Below are positions 26,294 to 35,778 of a stretch of DNA of 64,000 bases, piece by piece. Position 1 is the stretch's first letter, and the number at the start of each line of letters is the position of its first letter. The notes below the pieces were generated by a model, which had not been told where the DNA came from, made no database searches, and saw only the letters and a list, made by a program, of their open reading frames with translations. The DNA comes from a virus. The stretch lies in the IMG/VR virus record IMGVR_UViG_3300008516_000159. One strand, given 5' to 3'. The translations under genes were made by a program, and so were the position numbers.

Positions 26294-26560
26294 TTACGAC
26301 GGCCAGCCTCCTCGTAGCAAGAACTTTGCTTTTTCTTTTTTCGGCATTGGTGTCATGGGGTTGTTTTTCAAATAAGATTTTAGCTCGGGTTTGTTTTGAA
26401 AAATAATCAAGCCGCCCAGCGCCACATCTATTTTTCTACCCCACGTGTTATACTTTTGGAACACATATTTCGCATACATTTTACTATAGCCCATATATTG
26501 CCAAAACCCTGGGCCGCGGTACAAGTAAAATTGCCCTGTTATTAGCTCTCTGAATTTCAT
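26294..26560 (-). CDS. hypothetical protein
   Basis: 88 aa; ends KAKFLL motif; ACATATATA upstream. Confidence 0.7.
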   Translation of the reverse strand: MKFRELITGQFYLYRGPGFWQYMGYSKMYAKYVFQKYNTWGRKIDVALGGLIIFQNKPELKSYLKNNPMTPMPKKEKAKFLLRGGWPS

Positions 26561-26580
26561 CTCTTCTATATATGTAATAT

Positions 26581-26865
26581 TCAGTTAACGTATTTGTTGT
26601 TTGTAAGAAAAGCCTTCGCTACCTCTTTTTTTGTCGCTTTCCTTATTATGCCACTTTCCCAATGTTCCCGCAGAGCTGTTCCTTCCAACTCATAAGTCAG
26701 CGCAATTTGCGGGTTATCTGTCGGATGGAATCGCAAGCCGCCATCTTTAATGGTAATAGAGTGGCACGATTCACCCTGCGCAAATCTTAAAATGTAGTAA
26801 CTATCCAGGTGCCACGTTATTGGCTTCAGCTTACGCCGCGAGGATTTTTGAGACGCCTTGTTCAT
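26581..26865 (-). CDS. hypothetical protein
   Basis: 94 aa; ends EVAKAFL motif. Confidence 0.6.
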   Translation of the reverse strand: MNKASQKSSRRKLKPITWHLDSYYILRFAQGESCHSITIKDGGLRFHPTDNPQIALTYELEGTALREHWESGIIRKATKKEVAKAFLTNNKYVN

Positions 26866-28711
26866 CTTTATATATCATCATTGAGTTATTAAAATATGCT
26901 TTGAAGTTGTCTTTGTGTGATATGACATATACGGAGTTGCCGCGCTCTTTCAAGTCATCAATAATCTTTAACAACGCGGTGATTCCATTTTCATCCAGGT
27001 TTCTGTCAAGGACCTCGTCCATGAATATCATATTTATATCGTTGCCGAGATTGACCTTGACTAAATCAAACAACGAAAAGGCAATAGCAAGATTAACCCT
27101 CTGCTCTTCACCGCCCGACAATTGAGCCAGGCTCACATCATGACCATTCTTAGATATTCTATGATCCATTTCTCTATTCAAAGAAAAATCGATTTCTTCA
27201 TTAAAGAAGACACTCAAATAATGATTTATTCTGGAATTGATGAAGTCAATAACCTTGTTTATGAGGAAGGATCTAACTGTGTTTTCGCCTTTGGAAAAGG
27301 CGTGTATCCAAAAGTTAACGTGCTTTATATCATCCTGCAGATTGTCCAGTTCTTTCTGAAGATCGCGTACCGTGTTCTTCGCAGTCTTGATCTGAATTTT
27401 TATATTATTAATGTATTCCATATCTATGATGTTCTGGCGCTGTTCTGTCAATGTCCTTGTTTGCCCGGCTAATTCCCCGATTTGCTCCTTGACGTGCTCA
27501 AGCTCCTCGAGCGTCATTTTCGGTTTAAGAAACTTTATAGCGCCTATCTTGACATCCAACTTATCTGCGTCTTCTTTGTACTGAGCCCCATATTTCGAAG
27601 CAGCTTCCAATCCTTCTTCCAAGGTGCCCAATCCGGAGTCAAGCCTGTCTATTTCTTTTTTCATGCGGCCTACTAATTCTCGCCTCTCGTTGATATATTT
27701 ATCCATTAATTCACGATTGACCACATTACCACAAGTGGGGCAAGTGTTAGGATTCTCTTTGGCGGTAATTATTTCGGCGTTGGCTTTGTCGACGGCTTCA
27801 CCGTCTCTCCTAAGAGCGCTGTTTTTTTCTTTTATCTGTTTTTTCTGAGGACCTATTTTTTCGGCTTCATTGTCTTCTTTTATGCGAAGCTCATCTCTGG
27901 CTTTTACAAGTTTGTCTTTGCGTTTCTTGAAAGAATCATTTTTTCTATGCTTTTCTTTTTCTGAAGCTATGTCCACTTTTTGGAGCTTGTCCAACTCTTT
28001 TTTGATATCAGTTATGTCGTGGGACAGTTTTTTAAATTTGATCTTACATGACGTGAAATAATCTTGTACGGTTTGAGTTAGGTTTTCAGCAAGCTCTCTC
28101 TTGCCTTTTTGATCATGATAGTATTCATCATATTCGCTTTGAGCGTTGGTTTGTTCATTCTTAAGAAGCTTTTCATATACACTTAGGTTATCTACCTGCA
28201 ACACATTCTCGACTATCTCTTTGCGTTTCGCAGTAGAGGCGTCCGTAAAGCTGAATATCCTATCCTGAGAAAACATCACAGAAGAGATAAATGATCTGAA
28301 ATTGATTTTGATTAGATCGTTTACCCTGTCTTGAGTGTCATTCATATTGGCGAGAGATTTATCATTACCGTCGACTTTGAGTATAAGTTTGTTTTTGAGC
28401 CTCTTGCCGCCTATCTTTCTCCATCTTGTTATCTGGACATGTTTAGGACCAATGGTGAATTCCAAATTCACCATACAGTTTCCGCCCGCTATATTATTAA
28501 CAACCTCATCGGCAGCCAACCCTTTTGTGGTCTTGCCATAAATAGCCCAAACGATGGCATTAAAGATGGTGGTTTTACCGGCACCATTACTGCCGCCTTC
28601 TTGAAGATTTTGGCCTAAAACAAGAATTATGTCGTTATCGACAAAACGAATAAACTGCTCATCCTCGCCAAAAGAAAGGAAGTTCCTAATACGCATTTGA
28701 CGAAATTTCAA
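26831..28711 (-). CDS. SbcC/Rad50/gp46-like recombination ATPase
   Basis: Walker A GSNGAGKT, CPTCG hook, LSGGE signature, Walker B IFMDE, H-loop ISH. Confidence 0.95.
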   Translation of the reverse strand: MKFRQMRIRNFLSFGEDEQFIRFVDNDIILVLGQNLQEGGSNGAGKTTIFNAIVWAIYGKTTKGLAADEVVNNIAGGNCMVNLEFTIGPKHVQITRWRKIGGKRLKNKLILKVDGNDKSLANMNDTQDRVNDLIKINFRSFISSVMFSQDRIFSFTDASTAKRKEIVENVLQVDNLSVYEKLLKNEQTNAQSEYDEYYHDQKGKRELAENLTQTVQDYFTSCKIKFKKLSHDITDIKKELDKLQKVDIASEKEKHRKNDSFKKRKDKLVKARDELRIKEDNEAEKIGPQKKQIKEKNSALRRDGEAVDKANAEIITAKENPNTCPTCGNVVNRELMDKYINERRELVGRMKKEIDRLDSGLGTLEEGLEAASKYGAQYKEDADKLDVKIGAIKFLKPKMTLEELEHVKEQIGELAGQTRTLTEQRQNIIDMEYINNIKIQIKTAKNTVRDLQKELDNLQDDIKHVNFWIHAFSKGENTVRSFLINKVIDFINSRINHYLSVFFNEEIDFSLNREMDHRISKNGHDVSLAQLSGGEEQRVNLAIAFSLFDLVKVNLGNDINMIFMDEVLDRNLDENGITALLKIIDDLKERGNSVYVISHKDNFKAYFNNSMMIYKDEQGVSKILAA

Positions 28712-28974
28712 TTGCTGCTCCTATTATATCCGTCCTGAATATACGTGATGCCTGGGCCCGGACCGCTATAATTATCGTTCCACATTTGGCACCAAATAGC
28801 TTTTGTGTCGCTTATTTTGAGGTACCTTGTTTTGTTATATTCACACACGCAGGTATGATACCCGTGATCCGAACGCTCTTCCCATTTCAAATACTTACAC
28901 GAAACGCATTCAATATCATCCTTGAGCAAAGCCTTGGCTTTAGCTAGCTTAAGCTCTTTGCGTGAGATACTCAT
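28708..28974 (-). CDS. hypothetical Cys-rich protein
   Basis: 88 aa between gp47 and gp46; N-terminal AKAKALL. Confidence 0.6.
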   Translation of the reverse strand: MSISRKELKLAKAKALLKDDIECVSCKYLKWEERSDHGYHTCVCEYNKTRYLKISDTKAIWCQMWNDNYSGPGPGITYIQDGYNRSSN

Positions 28975-29974
28975 CGTTTACTTTCTCTAGTATTGATATA
29001 AGCCTCTTTTTGCTCAAGCCCTCCGGTATGTCTACATTATCCAAAAACTGTTTGGCAAGATTCAAGATACTTGATTTATTCAGTTCCTCAACAAACTCAA
29101 GCTCTTTTATGAGTTCTTCTGATGCGGTGGTTACATCGCAAGAAAGAGCGCCTTTGAGACGCATCTTTTCAAATATAGGCCTTGTGTTTTTTATATCAGA
29201 GGGAATAATAACTTTGACAAAGCAGTTTTCTACATTTACTTTTTCTATTTGGGAGTATTCTACATACTTGAACTTCGGAGCATCCTTGAACTCATGAAAC
29301 CTCCACTCAAGAGTTTTGGTATCAAGAGTGACAAAGCCATGTCTGGTGTCCCGCTCACCAAAATTAGTTTGAAAAGGAGCGCCGATGAATACCACATTTC
29401 CATTCTGCTGATGTAAATGATAATGGCCGGAAAAAACCATGTCCATTTTTTTGAACTGATTTAGTTTAAAACCCACATCACTTACGTGCAGGTTATTCAT
29501 TCGGAAGCCGGCCATGTCCTGATGCATGAATAATACATTCTTGGTATCTTTATTATAATCAAACTTTGGCAGCAAGAATGAATCTATGCCGTTCTTTCTA
29601 TATGACATCATGTGAAATCTAACATTGTCTATATCGTAATAGTTATAGTTGCCAACAACTTCTCCATATTCGTCAAAAGCAAACATGATAGAACCCTTGG
29701 TTGATTCTGGCAACGGCATATCATGATTGCCTATGAGAAAATACATTTTAAGCTCGTCTCTCCATTGTCTGATGATGTCTCGTATAAAAATAAAGTCCAT
29801 GGAGTCGACTCTGGTTTTTATCTGAAACATATCGCCTAGGAAGAAGACGTGCTTTATTTTGTGCTTAATGGCATATTCTCGTGTGTGATTAAGGAAATTA
29901 CCAGCCGTCTTCACAAAGAGATTTGAGCCCATATGCCGATAGGCATGTAGATCACAATATAATAATAGTTTCAA
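28949..29974 (-). CDS. SbcD/Mre11/gp47-like metallophosphoesterase nuclease
   Basis: DLH, GD, GNHD, MH, SGHYH motifs. Confidence 0.93.
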   Translation of the reverse strand: MKLLLYCDLHAYRHMGSNLFVKTAGNFLNHTREYAIKHKIKHVFFLGDMFQIKTRVDSMDFIFIRDIIRQWRDELKMYFLIGNHDMPLPESTKGSIMFAFDEYGEVVGNYNYYDIDNVRFHMMSYRKNGIDSFLLPKFDYNKDTKNVLFMHQDMAGFRMNNLHVSDVGFKLNQFKKMDMVFSGHYHLHQQNGNVVFIGAPFQTNFGERDTRHGFVTLDTKTLEWRFHEFKDAPKFKYVEYSQIEKVNVENCFVKVIIPSDIKNTRPIFEKMRLKGALSCDVTTASEELIKELEFVEELNKSSILNLAKQFLDNVDIPEGLSKKRLISILEKVNDEYLTQRA

Positions 29975-30009
29975 GCGATTGTCCTTGTAAGATTACTATT
30001 ATATATATG

Positions 30010-30259
30010 CTACATCTTAATACGAGGGTTCAGTTTAGGAGGCCTGTGAGGCACATTCGGTTTCTCCTTTCCAGCCCCTTTATATAAATCCTCTTCTTTC
30101 TTTTTAACTTTAATTAGAAGATCCATAAAGTAGTTTCGATCCTCTGTTGCCATGTTCTGTGTAAACAGAGGATCGATACCACCATGATATGCTAACTCGA
30201 ACTGCTGTTTAAGGAGAGCTTTATAATTCTCCGAATTAGTTTCCTCACCGGCCGATTCG
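30010..30259 (-). CDS. start-less gp51-like tail/baseplate assembly ORF (+1 frame relative to 30245..31138)
   Basis: Hand translation ...ENYKALLKQQFELAYHGGIDPLFTQNMATEDRNYFMDLLIKVKKKEE...KM-TAG; no ATG/GTG/TTG before the conserved-looking part. Confidence 0.65.
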
Positions 30260-31138
30260 AAAAAACTCTGCCGTTATAGGAATTTCTTCGTCAAACATTT
30301 CGTCACAGTATGGACATTGTATGTTTTTGACAGGCTCTATGCCAGCGTCTTTGCCGCTCATATCTTCTCTGATTACCGCCGAGTCATAAGCAAGCAGCGA
30401 ATTGAGAAATTTATCCCAAAGATTAGGATTTAATTCTTCACCTTCGGGTGTGACAATCCTATCCGTAAGGAGTTTTAGTCTATCTGTCGCCGCGTTGTCC
30501 ACTTCTGAAAATTTAACTGCGGCTTTGTCCCTCAACGCTCGTGCTTGTTCCTCAGTATACCCTCTTGGAAGCCTGTAAAAAATAGTAGCCCCAGATTTTG
30601 GAAGCTTGAGTTCAACCGGCTCAATAAAATCTTTTGATATTTCTTTTACCGGCTGTTGTTTTATGTCCACTCTATACTTGAATTTTCTGGTGCACGTTGG
30701 GTTCGGACAGTGCAACGTGAACTCATACTCTGCACCATACGAAAGAGCTCGCAGCCAAAACATCAAAAATATTCGATCTGACGAAAGCAAATCTTTCGGG
30801 TCTATATCCGATTTAATGCAGTTCCTAAACATCATGTCCAACGCCTGACCTGTTTTGATTAGGCGGCTGGTGGCAAGGATTTTCTCTTCGACCATGGTCA
30901 TCGGTCTAATCATAATTTTACCAGATAAAACCAACTTGTCTGTGGTTACATCCTTGTATAAATAACCATGAGACGGAAGAGGTGCCTCTTCTGCTGGAGG
31001 CTCGAAATCTGGCTGAGCGATGGCGTAGTCTTTTCTTGCGCCATGCCTTACTGAATCTTCCGGCGGCTTGTTTTTAACGTTCAGCTCCGATAGATTTACA
31101 GGAGCTCTTGAGTCCTGCGTTTCCGGCGTTTTAGCCAT
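30245..31138 (-). CDS. gp26-like baseplate hub / tail assembly chaperone
   Basis: LPSHG, IRPMTMVEEKIL, two CPxC-type motifs, C-terminal EFFR; lies downstream of the tube gene. Confidence 0.75.
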   Translation of the reverse strand: MAKTPETQDSRAPVNLSELNVKNKPPEDSVRHGARKDYAIAQPDFEPPAEEAPLPSHGYLYKDVTTDKLVLSGKIMIRPMTMVEEKILATSRLIKTGQALDMMFRNCIKSDIDPKDLLSSDRIFLMFWLRALSYGAEYEFTLHCPNPTCTRKFKYRVDIKQQPVKEISKDFIEPVELKLPKSGATIFYRLPRGYTEEQARALRDKAAVKFSEVDNAATDRLKLLTDRIVTPEGEELNPNLWDKFLNSLLAYDSAVIREDMSGKDAGIEPVKNIQCPYCDEMFDEEIPITAEFFRIGR

Positions 31139-31141
31139 TAT

Positions 31142-31312
31142 TTACACCTCCTCATTCTGTTCCGAGAGCACACCAAAGTTTCCTTCTTTGTATTCTCGGA
31201 TTACGTGTTTTGCACCCATATCTGTTAGCTTTTTTATGGAGATTCCAGTTTTTTTCGAAATCTCCTGTAACTCTTTCTTTTCTTTTTCAGAAATTCGGGT
31301 GGTTTCTGACAT
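31142..31312 (-). CDS. small ribbon-helix-helix-like DNA-binding protein, 56 aa
   Basis: Hand translation MSETTRISEKEKKELQEISKKTGISIKKLTDMGAKHVIREY; GGGGG RBS. Confidence 0.55.
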   Translation of the reverse strand: MSETTRISEKEKKELQEISKKTGISIKKLTDMGAKHVIREYKEGNFGVLSEQNEEV

Positions 31313-31402
31313 TTATACTACCCCCTTCTGTTGTTACTCCCTGTATCCAAATGTTACTCATTGCTTACCTTTGAACTCGAAATAAAATCTTAGCGTTTTC
31401 GC

Positions 31403-31429
31403 AAAAAAAAAGGGCCACGTGGCCCTTTT
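31403..31429 (-). terminator. Rho-independent terminator (possibly bidirectional)
   Basis: AAAAGGGCCACGTGGCCC followed by T9 on the minus strand. Confidence 0.8.
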
Positions 31430-31448
31430 CCCTTATACAACAATATGT

Positions 31449-31733
31449 TTATAATTTCAACTTAAGTTCTTTGGCGAGATCTAGTTTTTGTTCCAAACTC
31501 ATTTCCTCAACTTTTTCCCTTTTCACTCTGGCTGACAACAATGCTTTTGTAACAATATTATCGGCTTCTGTTTTTGGTACCATTTTGTCGCCGACTTTCC
31601 AGAGATCCCTCACTCCTGGCGGAAGCTTACTTTTCTCCCAACCCCTGGACATTTTTTGTGTCGCGCGAAGACCACCATATTCCGAACCAATAGTTGTTGC
31701 GCGCAACTCATTCAACGCGGTTGACAGTTTCAT
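31449..31733 (-). CDS. small protein, possible head-internal protein
   Basis: N-terminus MKLSTALNE. Confidence 0.7.
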   Translation of the reverse strand: MKLSTALNELRATTIGSEYGGLRATQKMSRGWEKSKLPPGVRDLWKVGDKMVPKTEADNIVTKALLSARVKREKVEEMSLEQKLDLAKELKLKL

Positions 31734-31752
31734 GGTTTTATCCTTACGTTAT

Positions 31753-31781
31753 AAAAAGGCCCGAGTTGCCCCGGGCCTTTC
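31753..31781 (-). terminator. Rho-independent terminator after tail tube gene
   Basis: AAAGGCCCG-GGGCAACT-CGGGCCTTTTT. Confidence 0.8.
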
Positions 31782-31807
31782 TATGATCAGATTATATATA
31801 ACTTCTC

Positions 31808-32347
31808 TTATGAAGAAGGTATATTGCCCTGGGTTGTATCTTCCTGCAAGATAGCATAGTCAAAATTTAACGTCATGTTCGCCTGTAAGGCTTCATAACC
31901 ACCGTAAGTAACTTCATTGTATGTAACATTGTCTGGATAACATCCAAACAAGTCCCAAGTCTCAGCGATTGAACCATCAGGAGACAGGATAACGAGAGTT
32001 GCGTTAGTTTTATACTGAACGGCAAAACCCATTGCGCCTGTGACCGGATCATACACTGAGCGAGCCCAATTCCAAAGAATTTGAGCCGATGAATCTTTAC
32101 CTTTGTCGTAGTCATAGAACACACAGGCAATTTGGTCCCATGTGGGGTTTGCTGCAAACTTGAATTGTTCATTCAAGCGGTTGATGACCGTGCTGTTGAA
32201 GCTTATCGACGGTCGACTTGCAGATAGTAAGTCGAGTGCCAGAGCCTCTGGATCTCCACCGGGAACCGAATCGAACTTCAAGATGAACCTATTTTGACGC
32301 TTAGGCTCTTTAATTGATTGTTCGGCTGTACTGAGTACTATAGGCAT
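31808..32347 (-). CDS. Tail tube protein (T4 gp19-like)
   Basis: EPKRQNRF, RPSI, WDQI...YD, W.L.GCYP pattern; downstream of sheath. Confidence 0.9.
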   Translation of the reverse strand: MPIVLSTAEQSIKEPKRQNRFILKFDSVPGGDPEALALDLLSASRPSISFNSTVINRLNEQFKFAANPTWDQIACVFYDYDKGKDSSAQILWNWARSVYDPVTGAMGFAVQYKTNATLVILSPDGSIAETWDLFGCYPDNVTYNEVTYGGYEALQANMTLNFDYAILQEDTTQGNIPSS

Positions 32348-32364
32348 TTAAGCACCCCCCTATT

Positions 32365-34428
32365 TTATTCAGTAATGAATGTCTCGCCGGTGGAGGTAAT
32401 AGTGAAATATACCTCAATAAACTCGGCGGTCTTTACGGGCTGTAAGAAAATGTAGCCTATCATTCTGTTCTGATCGATTGTTTCTGATGTATTTGTATTT
32501 GAGTCCATAACAACCGTGTAGCTGTATAGACCTCTACGAATTCTAATTGGCTCGAGAATAGCGTTGGCCTTTCTGGTGAAGTCTGCCCAAGCTGTTTCAT
32601 CATTAGGCTCGAACACAAAGCTCTTTGCCATTTTAGCGACTAATCTTTCGGCGTAAATGAGAAGTCTTCGTACATTCACCCTGTTCGTAGCTTTTGTATC
32701 TCTTAGTAATGTCTTCTGACCCCAAATTGTGAGACCTTCGCCAACAAAGTTGACGATTGGGTTAACTGCATTCATTCCACCATACAGCAGGTCCCTCTGA
32801 GATTGAGATGCCGATTGCTCTACATCCAAAGCTGTTACACGACCTCTCGTCATACCGGCTGGTGCCTGCCATGGGTCTGAAACGCTGTCAGTATATACAT
32901 ACTGTTTAGCAACATATCCAGAAGGCGGCAACCATACATACTGCTTGTTGTACGGATCATAGTCATACAACCATGGCCAGTACAATGCTGCGTAAGATGT
33001 GTTGAAAGCTGCTGCGTTGCCATGACCTTCGCCATTGTGCCATACTGTTACATCCTCATGATTGAGACCGAATGGAGGGTCTATTACCGCGATGCAGTCT
33101 CGTCTGGAACCAACCAGCGTAAGGGCTGAGTTGATAACCACCGAAGATGATTGACCTGGTACTAATATTGCGTCAAACTCGTTAGTTTCTGAGTTGGCTA
33201 AAGTATTAATACCCCTGAGGATTTCAGTGTACACCGCACTATTGAGTAGGCTGGCTTCAGTGCTTGATAGTCCATCGGACTGATCAACAACCGGAATACC
33301 ATTGGCGCCGGCTGCTAGTGCGATAAAATCGTTAGGATCGTCGGCAATGTCTACTGGTGGATAATTGTCTGTGCCGGTGTTCTCGATAGAAACATAATCT
33401 GAACCCGAACCATATGTGTCTATAAACAAAGTCTCCACATAGTAGTCAGATGTTGCATCAATCCATTCAATTTTGTCATATTGCTCAACGGCTTTGTCTT
33501 CATAGTAAATGGTAGCTTTGTAAATTGTCTCTGTGATGAACTCACCCAAGACAGCATTAAATTGCGAAGATGTTTCACTGTAGAATCTGACGGTGATGTC
33601 ATTACCCCAAGCACCATAAGTCTTGGCTGTGACAGTTACACTACTTTCGCCAGCTGCGGTGCCGTCACCATAACCAACACCACGCGCAGAACGATTGTTC
33701 TCCAAGAAACCCAGCTGACTGATTGTCGTATCGCCACCCGTGCCTGATATACTTAGTGCGGCAAGATCATCTTTGTATTCGTCTTCATCCTTCATTGTTA
33801 TCGTTAGATAATTGCCGGATGTTCCGAACTCAAAATAATCACCTGCGCCCGACGGGATAAGGGTGTTAAGTGCTGTGGCGAGTAAAGCTGCCGATGTTAC
33901 CGACGGACCACCAATGCTACCAGTTATATCAGCTTCGTAACTAGTGCCAAGGTTACTGTTGTAGTATTTCAGAGTAAAATCAACATCAGTAATATAAGTC
34001 AGGCCGGAAGCATACGCTCTCGTGCCTGTGATTGTCGGCACTGCCGCGGTTTGCGCGGCTTGATCGGTTTTCTTGAAGGCGGCTATTAACCGGCCGGTCC
34101 AACCTGTGTCCTCTTCATCATCCACTCCGCCAAAGGCTGGTAAGTCTTTCAAGTCCCTATCAGTATAACCGACTCTGGTCACTAGAAGCGTGTTGCCTTC
34201 TTCGAAGTACTTCAAAGCAGCTAGAGTCATATAAGGGTTATCTTCTGAGGGCTTTCCAAACTTATCGATAAAATCCTGGGCGCTTGTACAAAGTGTAGGA
34301 GTATCTACAGGGCCTTTTGAGGCGTAACCTACCATACTAACTTTCGTGACCGATGTTGTTACTGCGTATGAGCTCTGATCTTGTTCAAGTAGAATAACGC
34401 CAGGACTCATCAGAAAGTTGGTAGCCAT
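32365..34428 (-). CDS. Tail sheath protein (T4 gp18-like)
   Basis: SPGV..LEQD N-terminus, YWPW, PPSG, APAG..RG, VNPI, WGQKT, RVNVRRL, FEPND. Confidence 0.96.
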   Translation of the reverse strand: MATNFLMSPGVILLEQDQSSYAVTTSVTKVSMVGYASKGPVDTPTLCTSAQDFIDKFGKPSEDNPYMTLAALKYFEEGNTLLVTRVGYTDRDLKDLPAFGGVDDEEDTGWTGRLIAAFKKTDQAAQTAAVPTITGTRAYASGLTYITDVDFTLKYYNSNLGTSYEADITGSIGGPSVTSAALLATALNTLIPSGAGDYFEFGTSGNYLTITMKDEDEYKDDLAALSISGTGGDTTISQLGFLENNRSARGVGYGDGTAAGESSVTVTAKTYGAWGNDITVRFYSETSSQFNAVLGEFITETIYKATIYYEDKAVEQYDKIEWIDATSDYYVETLFIDTYGSGSDYVSIENTGTDNYPPVDIADDPNDFIALAAGANGIPVVDQSDGLSSTEASLLNSAVYTEILRGINTLANSETNEFDAILVPGQSSSVVINSALTLVGSRRDCIAVIDPPFGLNHEDVTVWHNGEGHGNAAAFNTSYAALYWPWLYDYDPYNKQYVWLPPSGYVAKQYVYTDSVSDPWQAPAGMTRGRVTALDVEQSASQSQRDLLYGGMNAVNPIVNFVGEGLTIWGQKTLLRDTKATNRVNVRRLLIYAERLVAKMAKSFVFEPNDETAWADFTRKANAILEPIRIRRGLYSYTVVMDSNTNTSETIDQNRMIGYIFLQPVKTAEFIEVYFTITSTGETFITE

Positions 34429-34456
34429 TTATATTCCTCCCTTGTTGGCTTCTGTA

Positions 34457-34642
34457 TTATAGAGGTTGATCTGCTTCCTCTTGAATCTTTATGATTTGCA
34501 GAAAGCCTTTAAGTTCAAGATTTTTCATCTGTTTCGTAATCTTTGTTACCTTCATGGTCTTCCTGGCAGGAAGAATCGCATGATCGTTATCAATAATAAG
34601 CTCAATCGGCTGATATGTCTTATTCTTGATTTTGAACAACAT
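34457..34642 (-). CDS. small hypothetical protein
   Basis: 61 aa upstream of sheath. Confidence 0.65.
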   Translation of the reverse strand: MLFKIKNKTYQPIELIIDNDHAILPARKTMKVTKITKQMKNLELKGFLQIIKIQEEADQPL

Positions 34643-34652
34643 TTTGCTCTCC

Positions 34653-35774
34653 TTAAATTACCATTTCCCTCAGGTAATGTCTATATTTTATCCAACGGTT
34701 GTAAAACAACCACTCGTATGAATATCCATTCCATCGGTAGTATTTCGATTCACTGTTGACGTATCTTATCTCGCCGTCTATATTTCCTGTTAACGGCAAA
34801 TCATTCAAAGTAGCAACAGCTTGCCGATAAAACTCCGTATCTGGCGCTCCCCAAACATAAGGATCGCCATCTTCGAAATATTGAGTATCATCTTCTACTC
34901 GTCTGATATCTCCTATTGAATTTCCTACTAACGGCAAAGCGCTATAAGTCGCCACTGGTGGTAGCCAATCATCATCATGAGTCATTAAATATTCGAAATC
35001 AGCCTCTGTTATCGCGAAGATGCTAATTCCTTCAGCTGTATCATAATCCAGAACGCTGTTAATTTCTAATTCATGAATAGGTTTATATTCGTACCCGCCT
35101 ACTGGTAAATACGCCCTGTCGCAAACTATCGTGACGTCTGTCCGTATAAGCCTATCTCCTGCATCACCAGGCTCTAAATTAGATGCATCCGCTACCGACT
35201 CCATGAGCAGTGGAAACCATTGACCAGGTTTCTTTATCCAGTCGCCGTTTTCGTCCTTAGCTTTTCCTTGCTCAGGACCATCCTCAATAGGATAATATCG
35301 CTTGCGGTTCTCATAACTATTATAATCCACATTAGAATCAACCGCCAAGTAACGAAATGGAGTAAATTGCGATACAAGTTGGTAAAGAACAATGTCCATA
35401 TCCATCTGAAGCTTTGTCCAGATGTTTATAACATATGTCAAGGAGTATGTCAAGAACGGCTTCATTCTCTTTGATATGTTATTATCTTGGTCATAAACAG
35501 TCTCTAAGTTTTCAATAGCTGTGTTTTTTTCCAGTTGATATGCAAAGTTAGCTAAATAAAAACTTACAATCGGTATATCTGTTTGCTTATTTCTGAGTGG
35601 TGCGACATACTTGGCTATAGCTCGCTCTGGAGACGCATAAACTACCTTTACTTGTGATGTGCTACTGCCAAAGGTAGGGTGTTCATCCAATCGCGGCACG
35701 TGAAAGATGGAAACGAGCCATCTTTTGACTTCCACACTATACTTTTTAAATAGAAAATATACTGGTGGTGCCAA
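34653..35774 (-). CDS. Tail completion / sheath stabiliser (gp15-like) with C-terminal repeat extension
   Basis: VKVVYASPERA, PIVSF, Y.INIWTK; two LP..GN..G.IR.V repeats. Confidence 0.75.
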   Translation of the reverse strand: MAPPVYFLFKKYSVEVKRWLVSIFHVPRLDEHPTFGSSTSQVKVVYASPERAIAKYVAPLRNKQTDIPIVSFYLANFAYQLEKNTAIENLETVYDQDNNISKRMKPFLTYSLTYVINIWTKLQMDMDIVLYQLVSQFTPFRYLAVDSNVDYNSYENRKRYYPIEDGPEQGKAKDENGDWIKKPGQWFPLLMESVADASNLEPGDAGDRLIRTDVTIVCDRAYLPVGGYEYKPIHELEINSVLDYDTAEGISIFAITEADFEYLMTHDDDWLPPVATYSALPLVGNSIGDIRRVEDDTQYFEDGDPYVWGAPDTEFYRQAVATLNDLPLTGNIDGEIRYVNSESKYYRWNGYSYEWLFYNRWIKYRHYLREMVI

Positions 35775-35778
35775 CTTG

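Noticed and set aside
30136-30176. 13-bp hairpin as a separate ncRNA or terminator
   Set aside because: It lies inside the gp51-like reading frame and has no U-tract; it is about 80 nt from the slip site, probably too far to be a direct stimulator.
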